Assembly (NCBI RefSeq): GCF_018977255.1
Contig: NW_024704743.1
Span: forward strand, 72,046,001 to 72,110,000
Direction of reading: 5' to 3'
Length of the DNA: 64,000 nt
DNA from: Callorhinchus milii
Lineage: Eukaryota
Below the pieces are notes generated by a model. The model searched no databases. It saw only the letters and a list, made by a program, of their open reading frames with translations, and had not been told where the DNA came from. This document shows positions 11,901 to 26,900 of the stretch, piece after piece; position 1 is the stretch's first letter, and each line of letters begins with the position of its first letter. The position numbers were made by a program, and so were the translations under genes.

Positions 11901-14900
11901 AGGGGTATTGGAGGCAGAGACCCCTCCCCCAAAATGTTAGGGAGGAATTAATTTGTGTCAACATACTATAATCTACTCCTCAAATGGATTTAATATAGAA
12001 TATCATGTAGTCAAATATGTTAGGCAGCCTGAGCCAGCATCACATAATCTGCTTTCATAGCCATGTTATAATGTAGATTGCGATTTGCTGGATCCTCACT
12101 AAAATTTTATAAGTGGGTGCGACTATATTTTGGGTAATAATCCCTCAGATTTTGTTATTCACCTCATAGATATCCTCCTTCTGTGTGTGTGTGTGTGGAG
12201 GGGGAAAGCTAAATTGGGGAGGACCTCCTTGAAGCTGAATTAGCACCAAGGTGACTATTTGGCAAAAGAATTTTGGAATAAAGTGAACCCTCTTTAGTTA
12301 AGCACCCTCTTTGGCGGCCTTGGTAGTCATGATCCAGCCGAGTTTATAGGACTCAAGGACGTTGTTCATGGCAGACCAGTCAGCCTGGCTCATCTGCAGG
12401 ACTTGAAGTAGCATGCCCTCCAGGGAGAGAGCATGCATTCCATACAAGAATTTTTTCACGCATAAGTGGCAAATATATGTGATCACTTTGTCCGGTTTGG
12501 ATCCGCTTAAGCATAATGATGGAATTCCGCAGGTGTCAAACACCCGTCTGAACAAAAAAATTAAATACAAGGAGCCTTCCAACCACAAATGACTGGCAAG
12601 TGTATCTACAATAAATCATTACCCTTACAGAAATTACCTGCAAAGTACCTTGAGACGTGATAAAGAACTGTAAAATGCAAATTCTCTCTTACTAATGTGT
12701 GCAGTAACTGCCTCTTGGCACCAGGTCAGCATTAAGTCTTGTATGAATGCATTATTATTGCAAACCATTCTGAGAAACATTTTGCAATGTTGCCTGAAGA
12801 TCTGGGTATTATGGAGACTGCTCCATTTATTGTTACAGGGTAGTGTGTACAGTACTAGGCACATTAAAACTGTGTGCATGACCAGTTACAACACGATTTA
12901 ATGTAGATGCTTTCACCAGCATCTTCCCAGTGGCCACTACTTAAAAAAGTAGCTATGTTCACAGACGGTATCAAAACCAACCACTTTAGCTCTGATTAAC
13001 ATCTGGACGGAGTTACCAGGAAGGATATTGAGGCCACAACATTGTATTCAGTTTGATGCTGTAATGGGAGGATGGTGGGAATGATATTCCGGAAGCACAA
13101 AATTAGCCAAAGGGACTTCTTCATCCAAAATCCCCATTGTGATTCTAAAATGGTGGGATGGGGTGAAAAGGGGCAATGTTAAGATGTAAATAACCGTTGA
13201 TGGGACAGTAGTGAAAATACCTCATTCTTAAATACCTTGTACCTATAATTATAAATTTTAAGAGAGAAGTAGATAATTATTTGGGGAAGACAAGTTTGCA
13301 GGGCTATCGTGAGAGCGCGGTGGAGTGGAATTGATTTGGATAACTCGTTTAAGAGCCGGCACAGGCACGATGGACCGAATGGCCTCCTTCTGAGCTGTAT
13401 AATTCTATGATTCTAAATAACTCCAAAGTGACTATCAAATTAAAAAAATTTCAAGCCTCTTTCACGTACATGAAGGAAAGAATCTGACTGCTAACTGCAC
13501 AGACTAAGTATTCAACCAGAAACCTTTCTGGTGTATGTGGCATGGAATCTATTCCACCATGCCATTGGGGAACTCAGAGTAGCCAATTATGATTGAATAA
13601 GGAACGTGGAGAACTACCACGTGGCAAGAAAGAATAGTGCTAAAGACAAAGAACAGACCAAACTTTTGGATAGATAAAAAAAAATTAAGCTAATAGAAAA
13701 CAAAGCACACCACCATTTTTAAAATCTGTGTATGTTCTTATTCACATGCTTACCTCAACTGTCATTTCCTTGGATTGCTCTTCAACTTGCTGGATGACCT
13801 CATACCGAGTACATCTATAATACCCTCCAGTGGATGAGCTGTGCTTTTTCCACTCTTCTAGACAAATCCAGCAAAAATCATATTTGCACTGCAGAGGAAG
13901 AGAGAAGCATAATTCACAATCTATTACAAGATATCTGCAAGTTCATCAAAGAGATAGAAAAACTTTACACAAGAGCTGAAAATATATTCTGGATTAACAT
14001 TCTTTTAAGCACAAGATTTTTCACCAACGTTCCAAAAATTACTGCCACAGTACTTATCACTCAAAAAGTGAGACTCAACAAGGTTTGCCATACACAAAGC
14101 AATAATGCTTTTGTACTCCATTTATATTGTGCCATTCAAGTTAAATCCACATGTCAACTAACTGCTAAATTGAAATATACCCATTTGTGCACCTTATTGC
14201 CAGAATGCATTTATAAGTAAACCCATAGAATAAAGAATATTACTAACCATACCCTCATGTTAGCAAGTAAACGTAGGTGAAAAACGCTGAAAATTTTCAA
14301 CCCAGTCATGTAACCCATTATTTTTTTTAAGTGCTGTGGACAAATAAAGCTTAAAATAACCAAATGTTTTTGATTCTCCTGGCACTATATGGTTCACTCA
14401 GTGGAGAATACATTAGATTTAATCAGAATTTTTAAAAATATATATTTTAACAATCCCGAAATGACTCCTTTTCCCAAACAACAACAAAATTACATTTGTA
14501 TAGCGCCTTTCACGTCGGGAGGACTCCAAGGTGCTGGACAGTCGGTGTTTCAGACCCGAGCTGGGGGTCGGAATCAGGAGGGAGGGGGAAAGGAGGGTGA
14601 CCAAAGGCACAGTTGAAGAGGAGGGTCTTGAGACGGGTATTGAAGAAGACATGGGAAGGAAGTGAGGCGGAGGGACTGCGGGATGGAGTTCTGGGGTCAG
14701 AATGGCTGAAGGCCCACCCACCGATCATTTCATGTGTCTCTACATAGACTAGAAAGGCCTCATGTTTGTCCAATGGTTAGTAAGCCAACTTAGCGAGTGC
14801 AACAACAGGTTTCAACACCCCAGGCTAGGAAACAAAAGAATAACGGGAAAAAAACTGATGCTCAGGGTTCATGATTCCATTCCCTATTCAGAGATCCTTG

Positions 14901-17900
14901 CTGCACATGCATATGTGGAAGTCAGATGCAGGTAAAATGTTTACTTATTTGTCATCCCTCAACTCCCTCACAGCCAAATAGACTGCTAAAACCACCAAGA
15001 CTTGCACAAAAAATGGAATTTGCTTTGTATAGTACCATACCCAAGCAATGATTAATTGCAATCAGTAAAGGGAAGAGAGCAGGAATTACAAGAGAAGATG
15101 GAGGAAACACACATTGGAATGTAATCTCCAGAAGTAAAATCAAATACTTTTTAATAACAAAATAAATAATAATCCTTTCATTTGATATAGCACCTTATCA
15201 CATCTGTTAGTGAAACGCAGTCGTGGATTGAGTGACCAATTTTTTTAAAAAAAATGATTCGCTCATTAGAGCCTTTTCATTACCAGTAATGTCTCAAGTT
15301 TATCTTCAGGCTACCAATAACTTATTTTGCATCAATGCTGTCATCACTGGGATGCTCGGTAGTATCAATTTAGACCACATCACAGAAGAGTTTACTGAGA
15401 TATTCATGATTTGATATCAGTAGAATGTTCATTATCTGCACAGCAATTATCCACACCGGCAGTCAACGGAGAATGGACAAAGGCCTGTGATAAACAACTA
15501 AAATCCTGTTCTATGCACGTGTGAAAAGATAGGCCCAAGTGATTTAGTTACGTGGTAAATGTTGCCCTTGGTAAACATGTACATAGCTGTATACTGTTAG
15601 AGAGAGCCAGAGAGTGAGAGGCAGAGCGTAAGCAGTTATGGGAGAGAGAGGGCAGAGGGAGTGGGCAGAGGGATAGACAAGAAGCTGGAACAATGTGATA
15701 GTATAGTGACAGTACAGCTCCTGATAACAGAAGATTTTAATTAGAACCATTGATTTCTATTTTGCATGAGTTCAATTATCCACACTACGCTTACTCACAA
15801 TGGATCTGGGCTTCAATTGGTGTAGATAATCAGTTCTCTACTGCATATGCAGAGTTTAAAAGAATATTTGTTTAAATAAGAGATTCTAAATATGCATATT
15901 TTAATCCATTGATTTTAACAAAAATAGTAATATTAAATAAAATTATTTCCTTAAAAATCCATCTGCCCAAGCATGATTTACTAGTACCATTGAACCCAAG
16001 AGATCCAAAGTTTAGTCTCAACTAAAGTTATTGAATGAGAACAGAAAAATCAGATGAGACTTTGTTATTAACCATGAGGAACAAACTGCTAAGTGTTAGA
16101 ATAATGGAGTCCGTGTCACAAGTAACTAGTCCCTTTAAATATCTTTCTGCTAGAATAACAAAATGATCTTTTATTTCACAAACAGTACAAAGTGTTTGAT
16201 GAAACCCATCAAATGGATATATCACCACAGGCCATCTATAAAAGCTTTCAAATCAAATATCAACACCAAAAAACCCCACCTACTTTCAGCTTTCAAATCG
16301 CTGCACTATAATCACTGCATCTTTACTAGCATTTTCAAATAGGACACTGTGCTCATGCATTATTCTTTGCTCCAAAGGCAAATCGGATTGATTGACAAAG
16401 AACATGCAAATGGAATCATTATCTTAGCACAATTTCAAAAGGAAGTAAGGAGCAGGGGCAGGGAAGTGATTGTGAAATCTGAATTACTGGGATTGATATA
16501 CATATACTCATGTATAGCAATACATAAATGTTCCTTTTTTGGTTTGGTGAGGAATGATATGTCATTCAAAACAAACAATAGTTTGAATAAGTATTTTGCT
16601 TTGAGCAGATTACAGAAACAAACAAAACCATCTCTGAGGAAGATGTTAAAATAGATGCAAATTAATAATTTACTAAATTTAATAGAAACCTTGATTTGAT
16701 TAAATGCCTATTTTCCCTTTTTCTATAGTTTTTTTTGTATTATTCGCCAGCTGAAAAGCAACAAGTGATCTGCTTTCAAGCCCTTATCATTCATAAGCAA
16801 TAAACTTGCTGAAATCACAACTTGCTATCATCTGGATTTGACAGTGAACTGGTATTCTTCCATTCAGTTACATATTAAGAGTAAAAACTCAGCAGATTCT
16901 ATTTTGTGAATACCTAAAAAAATGACCTTGTAAGAATGACCATGGGATGAACACAAACTGATATTACTTAACAGCGCAGAAGCTTGCAACATTTCAGGAA
17001 TAATTTTTTTTTTCAAAATTTGCTTCATTAAGAAGGAATTGAAACAAAACACTTTGACCATGGAACAATTGGAATTTGGGGGAAAAAAAAGGAACAAAAA
17101 GTAAATTAGAATGGGATTCTAGCTGTAAATATTTTCCATTAAGGAAATAACAATTATTATGTAAAGTGGAAATATAACTGAAGAGGGAAAATTCTGTACT
17201 TGGGAGGAATTTGTTGCTTTGTCTAATATAACCATATCTGAGAGGGCAGAGTTTACAAATGTACACAACAATTAATTGACATCTAAAAAGTTATACAAAA
17301 AAATGTTCTGAAGTCTATATAAATGGTTTCTAAAGTCATTTTCAAAAACTCTCCTTTTTGAGACAAAGCATCAATTTTTAATTACATATGCTTTCCAGTG
17401 CTTACCTTGGCACACTGCATGTGATTACAGCCCTCATTCTTTTGGATAGGAGATTTACAGTTGGCGCATGGTTTGGAGTTAGACAACAACCACAGGCAGT
17501 TGGCTGCATCTTCAAATGCTTCACCTACACCAGCAACTTGTAAAAAGAACACCGAGAAATCAATTTATACAACCATTATCAAACCTTTCACCACCGCACT
17601 AGGCCAGGATTTTTTCTTCTTACCTGTAATTTGAGATCTTAGCTATGCTGTTGTGAGGGAAATGTTGACTGGATGCCAGGAAAATATCCTGAGAAAACTT
17701 ATCCCAAGCCACTGACATACACATCCTAGCAGCCCACTTGGCCAAGAGTCTAGTCAGCTGATCAGACACAGGATGAATGCACCCCAGAGTTCATGAAGAC
17801 TTGAAAAGAATGCTTTGAAATCAGAAACCAACATTTTTCTCTATCCCTAAGTGGGCATGAGGATAATTTCAGCAGAGAGAGGGTGAAGAACGTACAGTTC

Positions 17901-20900
17901 TTAAGATCTAGTCTTGCTTTACAAAGGGAACTTTTTTTCTTTACTAATTATTTCCTTAACTGACTGCAGCATTCCAACTTGCCATCAAATCATGGAAATT
18001 GTGTGGGGAAACTCGAAAGAAGAAAGCATACACATGACGGAGGAAAAAGAATCAAGGTTATGTGTCCAGTTATGGACACTATAGGAAGGCTACCATAAAA
18101 AGATAGTGAGGAGATTTAGTAGAGTAGCAGGGATGAGAGGTCTTACTGATGAGGTGAATGGAAAAACTGGGGCAGTTTTCTCAAGAATAATGGGTAAAGG
18201 AGATTCATTTTTTTTACAGTTGAGGGATTTAGACAATGTAATTACCAAAAGAGAAAAGGGAGAGGCTATGGGAATTCTTTATCCAACAGAAGATTTTTAA
18301 GCACATGAAAAATGGTCAACTAAAATGGCTGGAGTTAAACTCTATGTTTAACTTTTAAGGGGAGATTTGATAAATTTCTCGAAGGAGAATGTGACTGAAC
18401 CATAGCTCTTTCAGAGAGCCAGCATAGGCCCGAGGGGTTGAATGACTTCTGACTGTGCTATAAATTTCTATGGTTCTATGTTGAGACCGTAAAGATTTAA
18501 GGATCTGAATGTGAAGCAACAGTCTTACGTTCTTCTGGCTTCATTTCTGTAATTTTCTGCAGCCAGTTTTTCCAAATTTGACAGTCACAGGGTTCATGAG
18601 CTTCTCCGAGGCATTCCCTAGGAAAAACATATTGAAGTGAATTCCAAAACTGAACAATTGATTAATATTTCCCTAATGCACAAAGTTTTCAGACTGATAC
18701 ATGAGTTCCAAGTTACTCTAAGCTTCTAGTAGCAAATGATTCAGTACAAATTTTGGTGTGGCAATGCTGTAGTCACCCTTTTACTAAAAGAGATTCTCTT
18801 GCACTTCCCATTTTGTTTTATCACATTTTGAAGCTATCCTGTACAGTATATAGCAGATAGAATATGTACTTCGTATTATGTGTGTCATTAGCAGAGATCC
18901 TTGAAAATGGTTGCACAATTAGTAGCATTCTTTTTAATCCTTAGCTGAAATACAAATTAACTGATTTGATTCAAGGTATTCGGCTAACTTGTTACAATTT
19001 GAAAAAAATGTCCCAGCTAGCCCTGACCATTTACATCTGTACAATGAAAGACCTACACAGAAATACAGAAAGAAAAATGCAAAAGACAAATTTAACTAGT
19101 CTTATATCTCAGAGTTAAAATACACACCTGACCGAACCCACCAGTTACCTAATAGTTCTATCCCGTCCTATTCTCCCCACCATCATGAAAGCCTACATGA
19201 AAGCATGTAGGCTTTCAGCCATTCTGGCTCCGTTTGCTGGAATTCCAGCTTGAAGTTACCTTTCTCAATCCTTTCAATGCACATCTCAAAACGTACCTCT
19301 TTGACTGCACTTTTGGTTATCTTTCCCCTCCCTACCACCCTTGGCTCCCAACCCCAGCTCGTGTTCCCATTCAGCACTCGAGACACAAATATATGTTGTG
19401 TAGTCACATAGTTCTATTTAATGGTAATAAAAATGCTGGTTTAACATAACCAGTTGAATTTTCCAGGAAACACCTGAAAGACCAAAAACTCAAGGCGTTT
19501 TCTTATGATCCAAGTGAGCCGCCTTACAGCTATAGAAATTAACACCATTAAACTAGGCAAACAAAACTCAAACTCTTGCACTTACCAGCAGAAGAGATGT
19601 CCTTTCCCGCAATCTACTGCTGGTGCACTAAGTAGAGGGAAACTCAGTTGATCTAATGATATGGAACCTGATCTTTGACAGGTCAGTCGTACTGCTCTTT
19701 CACAGGCAGGCGTGGGGCACCACTTGATAACTGAATTATTATCCACAAATGCCTGAAAAGAATGAATATGAATGCTGAATTCCAGCAAAACACAAATAAT
19801 ACATTAAATCTAATTGTTTTTTTAAAAAATTAAGAATGTACGCCTCCTAAAGAAATAATTGTTCAATACTACAAGCTAACTCTGTAAGGGTGCGATTCCT
19901 AATATCATTTCAATGCTACAAATGAAGGAAGGTTTCAATACGAGTAAATTATTTTTACCCTCCCTTCTCTCCTGAATGCAGATATTTATACTAGGCACCC
20001 TTAATACGCCACAGAAACCCTCCATTATTAGTGACCTTTATGTGCTAGTAAGTGGATGCCAGTACAACGTTGGTCAAAGAAAACAACAGAAGCAAACCCA
20101 ATCTTGTTCACCAATGTTCACATGAATACTTGCTATCAGGAATTATCAGAAACCAATGCGATTAACAAAATCTGTTATAGACCCTACTGCTACAGATAAT
20201 GAACTTATATCTGGGGAAACAGAACCTTAAAGATTTTATGGTTATTGTCCAGGTATCAGTCTCTACATAAAGTTCGATGTAAGCCTGAAATATGTAAGCT
20301 AGTAAGGTATCTACTGAATGAGAAAAAACCCTACCCACCAAGGATGTCCCACAAGATTCATCAAATTGAAGATTTAAGGGGAAATTCATATAATTTAGTC
20401 ATCTTTCCCCTTTCTACCACCCTTGGCTCCCAACTCCAGCTTGGTCTTGAATTTGCAAAAAACAGCAGAACATGTGATTGACACTGAATTCTAGCAGGAC
20501 AGAGAACAAATGTCTCTCAGGTATTACTGCCATCAGAATTACTAGCTTTGGCTCTACCTGAACAGTATGAACAATCCTTAAAATGAAAAAAGCCTGGAGT
20601 AACATGGAACAAAATTGCACTTAATGTATTGAAACATCCTTAATTAATTGTTCCAAATACTCCAGCACTGCCTCTGTTCTGAAACCATTGTTCTGAAGGA
20701 CTACTTTAATATGTCTGAGATGCTCCATTTGTCAGCATATCCATTTATCAATTTAAAGTCAAACTACACTTCTTTAGGTGGAGATTCATAATGCATCTCT
20801 GCTTAATGAACCTTGTCTGCAATATTTAGTAACCCTGCAAGATTGTTAAGAAAAAGATTTGCTGAAACTAGCACCTTATTTCTGAATGATCCTGTGCTAT

Positions 20901-23900
20901 CAAATACCTCCGTTATTCATGGGATGACAGTGGTGTTCAAACTGATTTGAAGATGTGGTCCTTGAAAGAGCTCATTTGACTAAATGTAGCTTGAGCCTTA
21001 ACATGTGCAAATCTGGACATTTTCCTTGAAGATAGGCACTTGCTTTGACAAGGGTTGGTCACCAGTAGCAAAACGTGAATCTGGAACTTGCAATTAATCT
21101 GCTTAATCCACTGGCCTCAAGACAAATTAATACTTTCAAAGGGAAGTTTCTCAGTCGAGAATGTATTCTTTATCTAAATTAGAAATCAATAGTTGACCAA
21201 CTGTAAATTCGACTGCACAATCTATTATGACCTGCAAAATGGCTAATACTTAAGGTATTTCTGTGACCTCCTAAACCCTACCAATCTGTCCGCTCCTCCG
21301 TTCAGCAGACTCCGGCCTGCCTCACATCACCTCACGTGTTAGCCCCACCATTGGCAGGTGGGCCTTCAGCCTCTGCCCCCACCCTCTGGAACTCCATCCC
21401 ACAGAGCATCCACCTCACCTCCTCCCTTGTCTTCTTCAAGACTCGTCTCAAGACCCTCCTCTTCGACCTTGCCTTTGGTCACCCTCTTACCCCTACCCTC
21501 CCTCCCCAACTCGGGTGCAGATCCTTGACTGTGGATCCCTTGGAACATCCTCCTGACGTGAAAGGCGCTATACAAATGTCATTTGTTGTTGTAGTCACAT
21601 GGTGACTAACATTCAACTAGGGCTGACCACCATTAAGGATTAACTGATTAAAATTGGCTTCTACTTGCTAATTTGATTCTAAAACCTACCTTAATATCAA
21701 ATTGAAGGTAACGTTTGTCCATTTCTCTGGAAACCAAGTTTTCTATGATATCCACAGGAACGAGCTGATAGCAATCAAAGGCTGGACAGAAAATATTGTG
21801 GGCTTCTCCTTCCTGTATCTTAATATTCAAAAACCTACAGAAAACATAAATAAAAATGTTGTAGAACCATGGTAATGTATTCATTGAATATCGCTAAAGA
21901 GTTTGCATTAGCAGGAAATACATCAGTAGGAAATCTGCCAGTGATTGTAGGTGTTTTGTGGGCTTGAAGAACTAATAGAATGCCTAGGCCTCCTGAACAG
22001 AATCACTCTCCCAACCGAGTTTGTTTTGGTCAACCGGGTTGACACACATACAGGAACCTACCACCATGCTTAAGAGTATCCAAACCTCAAACTACCGAGT
22101 CCAAATATGTATGGTAATGTGGCATTGGCTGGAATGAACCACACACTTTCTCCCCAATGCACATCTTATCCTGTCCAGAAAAATATCAACAGTAATAATC
22201 CTATCATTTAATGTAGCATCTTTCATGTCAGGATAAAGTCTTAAAGCAGGATTTTAGTCACTATTATGCAGCCAATTTGAATACAGCAATGACCAACAAT
22301 TTTAGGTAAATTAATAGATTCAAATTCTTAAAAATACATTAACAAGCCAATGCACTTACACTTGAAGACAGCTGTTGTTAACCCTTGCTGTGGATTTAGT
22401 TTCCAATCCTATAAAATCAGCCACATTGTGTCTGCAAATTGGCTGCCCTGTTATCTTGCAAATTATCCTGCACTTTACAATAAATCCTGTGAAGCACCTT
22501 TAATTTGTTCCTCCAACGTGAAATATGCTATATCAAATTCAAGTATTATTATTAAAAATGGAAATGTTTTAAAGCCAGCATGAAGACTCTTCAGTGGGTA
22601 ATGCCTTTCAAAAAATCACTGAATCTCTGACGCTGCAGCAATCAACTAATGCTGCAAGCAAAATGACAGTGAGTCGCTCTGGGGATGCTTTTTTTAAATT
22701 CTCATGTAAACAACTTCTTACCAACTAATTAGCAACCCAATTTAGGTTCCCTACAAATACATTTTCGCTGATTAAGCAATTTTTTTTTCTATTAACCAAG
22801 AGTTCAGCTGAAAAGGTCAGAGTTGATTTGATTTGATAGCTTTTGCCCAAAGGAAGTAAAAAATAAAATCACAAGGGAAGCATACTTTAGTAATTGTTAA
22901 TAAAACAATATACAGTTAACTACTGTTCTAAAAGTAGATTTAAATGGGTTTACATAATACAGAATCATGCTTTTTCAGGATAGGATATTGTATGCAAACT
23001 TCTGACTAGTTCTGAAGTTCCTGCAGAGTTAAAATAAGAAGAAATTTCAGAGTCTTATGCTTATGGATACCCTATTTCAGCTCACATACCAGGAGGTATT
23101 AAGTAACCAGTATGACGTAATCACTAAATTCTTTAGCACTGCATGTCATTTTATTAACCAATATAACCAAATTCTTGTGCATTACACCCAAGATCAATTT
23201 CTTGATCATGAGATGATTTTTAAAAAACAAAACAGAAGTAAACCAGTATGGTTTAATACATTAGAATTCAAATAAATCACTTCAAGAGGAGTTTGATATT
23301 TAGACTGACCATTAAGTAATATTGGTGACATACTTGCCTTCAATACAACAACAAGATTACATTTGTATAGCGCCTTTCACGTTGAGAGGACGTTCCAAGA
23401 CGCTGGACAGAATATACTGTAAATAATAATAATCCTTGCATTTGATATAGCGCTTTTCACGTTGGGAGGACGTCCCAAAGCGCTTCACAGAACACACTGT
23501 AAAGTGAATTGACTGTATATTTGTGGGCGAACGTGGCAGCCAATTGCGCACAGCAATGTCCCACAAATAGTCGTAGATTGAAAATGACCAATTTATTATC
23601 GTTTTTGGAGGGATTATTATTAGGCTCTGTGTGGAGTAAGGAAACTTGCCCAAGGTTTTGCCCTGCCGGGAATTGAATCCAGGTCTCTCGCTTGTAGTCT
23701 TGTAGCTCAGTGGTTAGAGCACTTGCCTCACATCATGATATTATGAAAACTAGCACAAGAGCAGTTTGTTGTTAGCTGCTACATATTACAGTAAATTCTG
23801 TGAAGCACTTTGAGATCCTCAGCTATGTGAAAGACTATCAAATGTTTACTACTTAATAAATCATTTAAGCCCCCAAATTTCCAATATTGGCTGTTCCACT

Positions 23901-26900
23901 GTTCTGGCCACATGACACAACTATCCTATCTTGGAATTTCATCCAGCTCCACAGTACCCTTTTTCATCAATTCAGAAAATTAGATTTCCCTGCTAGAAAT
24001 GCTTTCTGCAATTCTCTGATGCATGTCTGGGACTCAAATACCATTCAGCTTAATTTCATGCTGTTTTTGTGATGGAATGAGGAAATTTCATGCCACTTTA
24101 TTATCAACCAATTTCTCTCTTTTCACAATATTACCTGTTAGACCGCCACGATTTTGGCGAATTTGTACACGTCTGCACCAGTCTAATACATTAAACCACA
24201 CCACGCAAGGTCAACTGCACCACAATAAATGTACATTACCTATTAGAATATGCTTTCCTCTTAAGAAAAAAGACCAAATACTGAATGCAGCCATACAGTA
24301 ATTCATATTATTTTGTTCTCCAAGATGGAGCATGGTGTATAAAGGAACCAGAGGACGAATGAAAACGTGTGACTTATAATAATTGAAAGCAATTACCAAT
24401 AATTCACCAAATGCTACTTACCCTTCCCAGCACGCTCGGCAGAATTCATGTCCACAAGGCACGTCGACTGGATCTTCAAACACAGAAATGCTGCACATGC
24501 AAATGCCACACTGAGTGGAAAGTAAAGGTTAGATCCCAAGTAAATTCTCGAACAAAAATTGCATGTCATTTTATTAACCAATATAACCAAATTCTCGTGC
24601 ATTACAGTCAAGATCAATTTCTTGATCGTGAGATGATTTAAAAAAACTGGAATAAGTAAACTAGTAAGGTTCAATGCTCGTAAGAGTCAATACAATAAAG
24701 TAATGTGACTAGCTATTAGTCCTATACAACAAATTGCATTTGTATAGCAACTTTCACGTCAGGAGGACATCCGAAGGCAGTGGACAGTCAAGGGTTTGCA
24801 CCTGAGCTGGGGATTGGAACCTGGAGAGGTGAGGAGAAGACCTTCAAGGAGGCGAGGGAAAGGGCGAGGTGAACGGACACCGGGATGGACTTCCAGGGGC
24901 AGATAGGCTGAGAACATGACCACTGATGGTGGGGTGTGAGATATGAGGCAGTCCAGTGAGCAGGGAGTTAGCATAGTCAAGCCAAGTCAAGAACACCACA
25001 CATGGCGTGTAGGCTGGACGACAAGCAGTTACCAGATCCAAAGTGGAGATGTTGGGATAGGCAAAATTGAACCCAGGAAAGATGGAGATGAGTGAAAAGG
25101 TAATGGAGAAGGATAGAATTGTTGACTTTGTCAAAAGCAGCAGAGAGGTTAAGAAGGATGAGGAGGCAGAGAACCCTGGTGACAGACAGAGAGAATGTCA
25201 TTGGTGATTTTGACCAAGGCAGTCTCGGTACTGTTGGCATCGTGAAGCCAGATTAGAGGGGTCCATGCAGGGAGTTCAAGGAAAAAGTGAAGCTCGTTCT
25301 AGTACTTTGGAGATGAAAGGGTGCTCGGAGATGGGATGATATTTAGGGAACAGGAATTGGTTGATTAAATATTAGTTTTAGATTATGATCTCATTTCATA
25401 AAAGATACAGGAATTAGTTTTGAAAGCATAATAAGCTTTCATTTAAAATAATGGCCTTGCAAAAAAACTGAAATAAAAAGGATCTGAGTGTTCAAGCAGA
25501 TGCACAACATTTCTAGACAATGTGGCAAAGTAATTAACAAAAGCTAATGAAATTCAAGTAACTACATCTAGATCAGCAGAATACAATTTGACAAATATAC
25601 TAAGGTTTTACAATGTACCTAGAACAGTCAGTTTTGTCCATTACAGTACAAAACATCTACATGCTTTAAAATAGTGGCAAAATGAAAAAAAAAAGTGTAA
25701 ATGCAAACTACCACATTACTTTCACATTAAGCATATAGAGGTGACCTAATAGAGGTCTTTAAAATTCTGAAAGGGTTTGATAGCATAGACGTAGAGAAGA
25801 TATTTCCACTTATGGGGGAGGCCAAAACCAGGGGCCATCATTATAAAATAGTCACCAATAAATCAAATAGGGAAATCAGAAGAAACGTGTTTACCCAGAG
25901 AGTGGTAGGAATGTGGAACTTGAGGTGAATAGTGTTTAAGGAGAAGCTAGATAAGTACATGAGGGAGAAAGGAATAAAGGTTATGCTGATAGGCTTAGTT
26001 GAGGAAGGGCAGGAAGAGGCTCATGTGGAACATAAACTCCAGCATAGACCAGTTGGGCCGAATGGCTTATTTCTGTGTTCTAATATAATATAATATAATA
26101 TAATAATAATCCTTGCATTTGATATAGCGCTTTTCATGTCTTCTAGACGTCTCAAAGTGCTTCACAGAATATGCTGTAAAGTGAATTGACCATATAATTG
26201 TGGGCGAAATACAGCAGCCAATTGTGCACAGAAGTGTCCCACAAACAGTCGTGGATTGAAAATGACCAATTTACTATTTTTTTTTGTTTTGTTTCAAATG
26301 CAAGGATTATTATAATATTATTATTAGGCGTGTGGAGTAAGGAAACTTGCCCAAGGTGTCACCCTACCTGGAACTGAATCCAGGTGTCGCGCTTGCAAGG
26401 CGAGCGCTCTAACCACTGAGCTATAGGACTCCACAAGTCCTGTGTTGTATATTCTATGTAATATTATACATTATAATGCTGTGCACAATTGGCTGCTGGA
26501 ATTCCCCCACAAAATACAGTCACTATACTTTACAGAATAGGCTGTGAAGTGTTTGAGGTGTCTTGAAGACGTGAAAAGGCGTTATATCAAATGCAAGGAT
26601 TATTATAAACACTATATATTATATATACACTAATATCTAAAAATCAACAACAAAGTTGTCAAATAAATGACAAGCATAAAGCTCACGTACCACTGGCATA
26701 TCATCATCAGTTGGAGACAAACTGATCTCATCTGGAGAAGTGACAGAGGATCGGGTGGTGCGAGGAGTTCGAGGTGAAGGAAGCGTGTCCCAAGCGTTAT
26801 ACCCACTCGGTGGGGGAGTTGGCATTTGGATGCCTGAACGTTGGCAGCAGTCTTCAGCATCTAACATCCAAGCTTCAAGTAGCTTCTCTCGATCCCAGTC

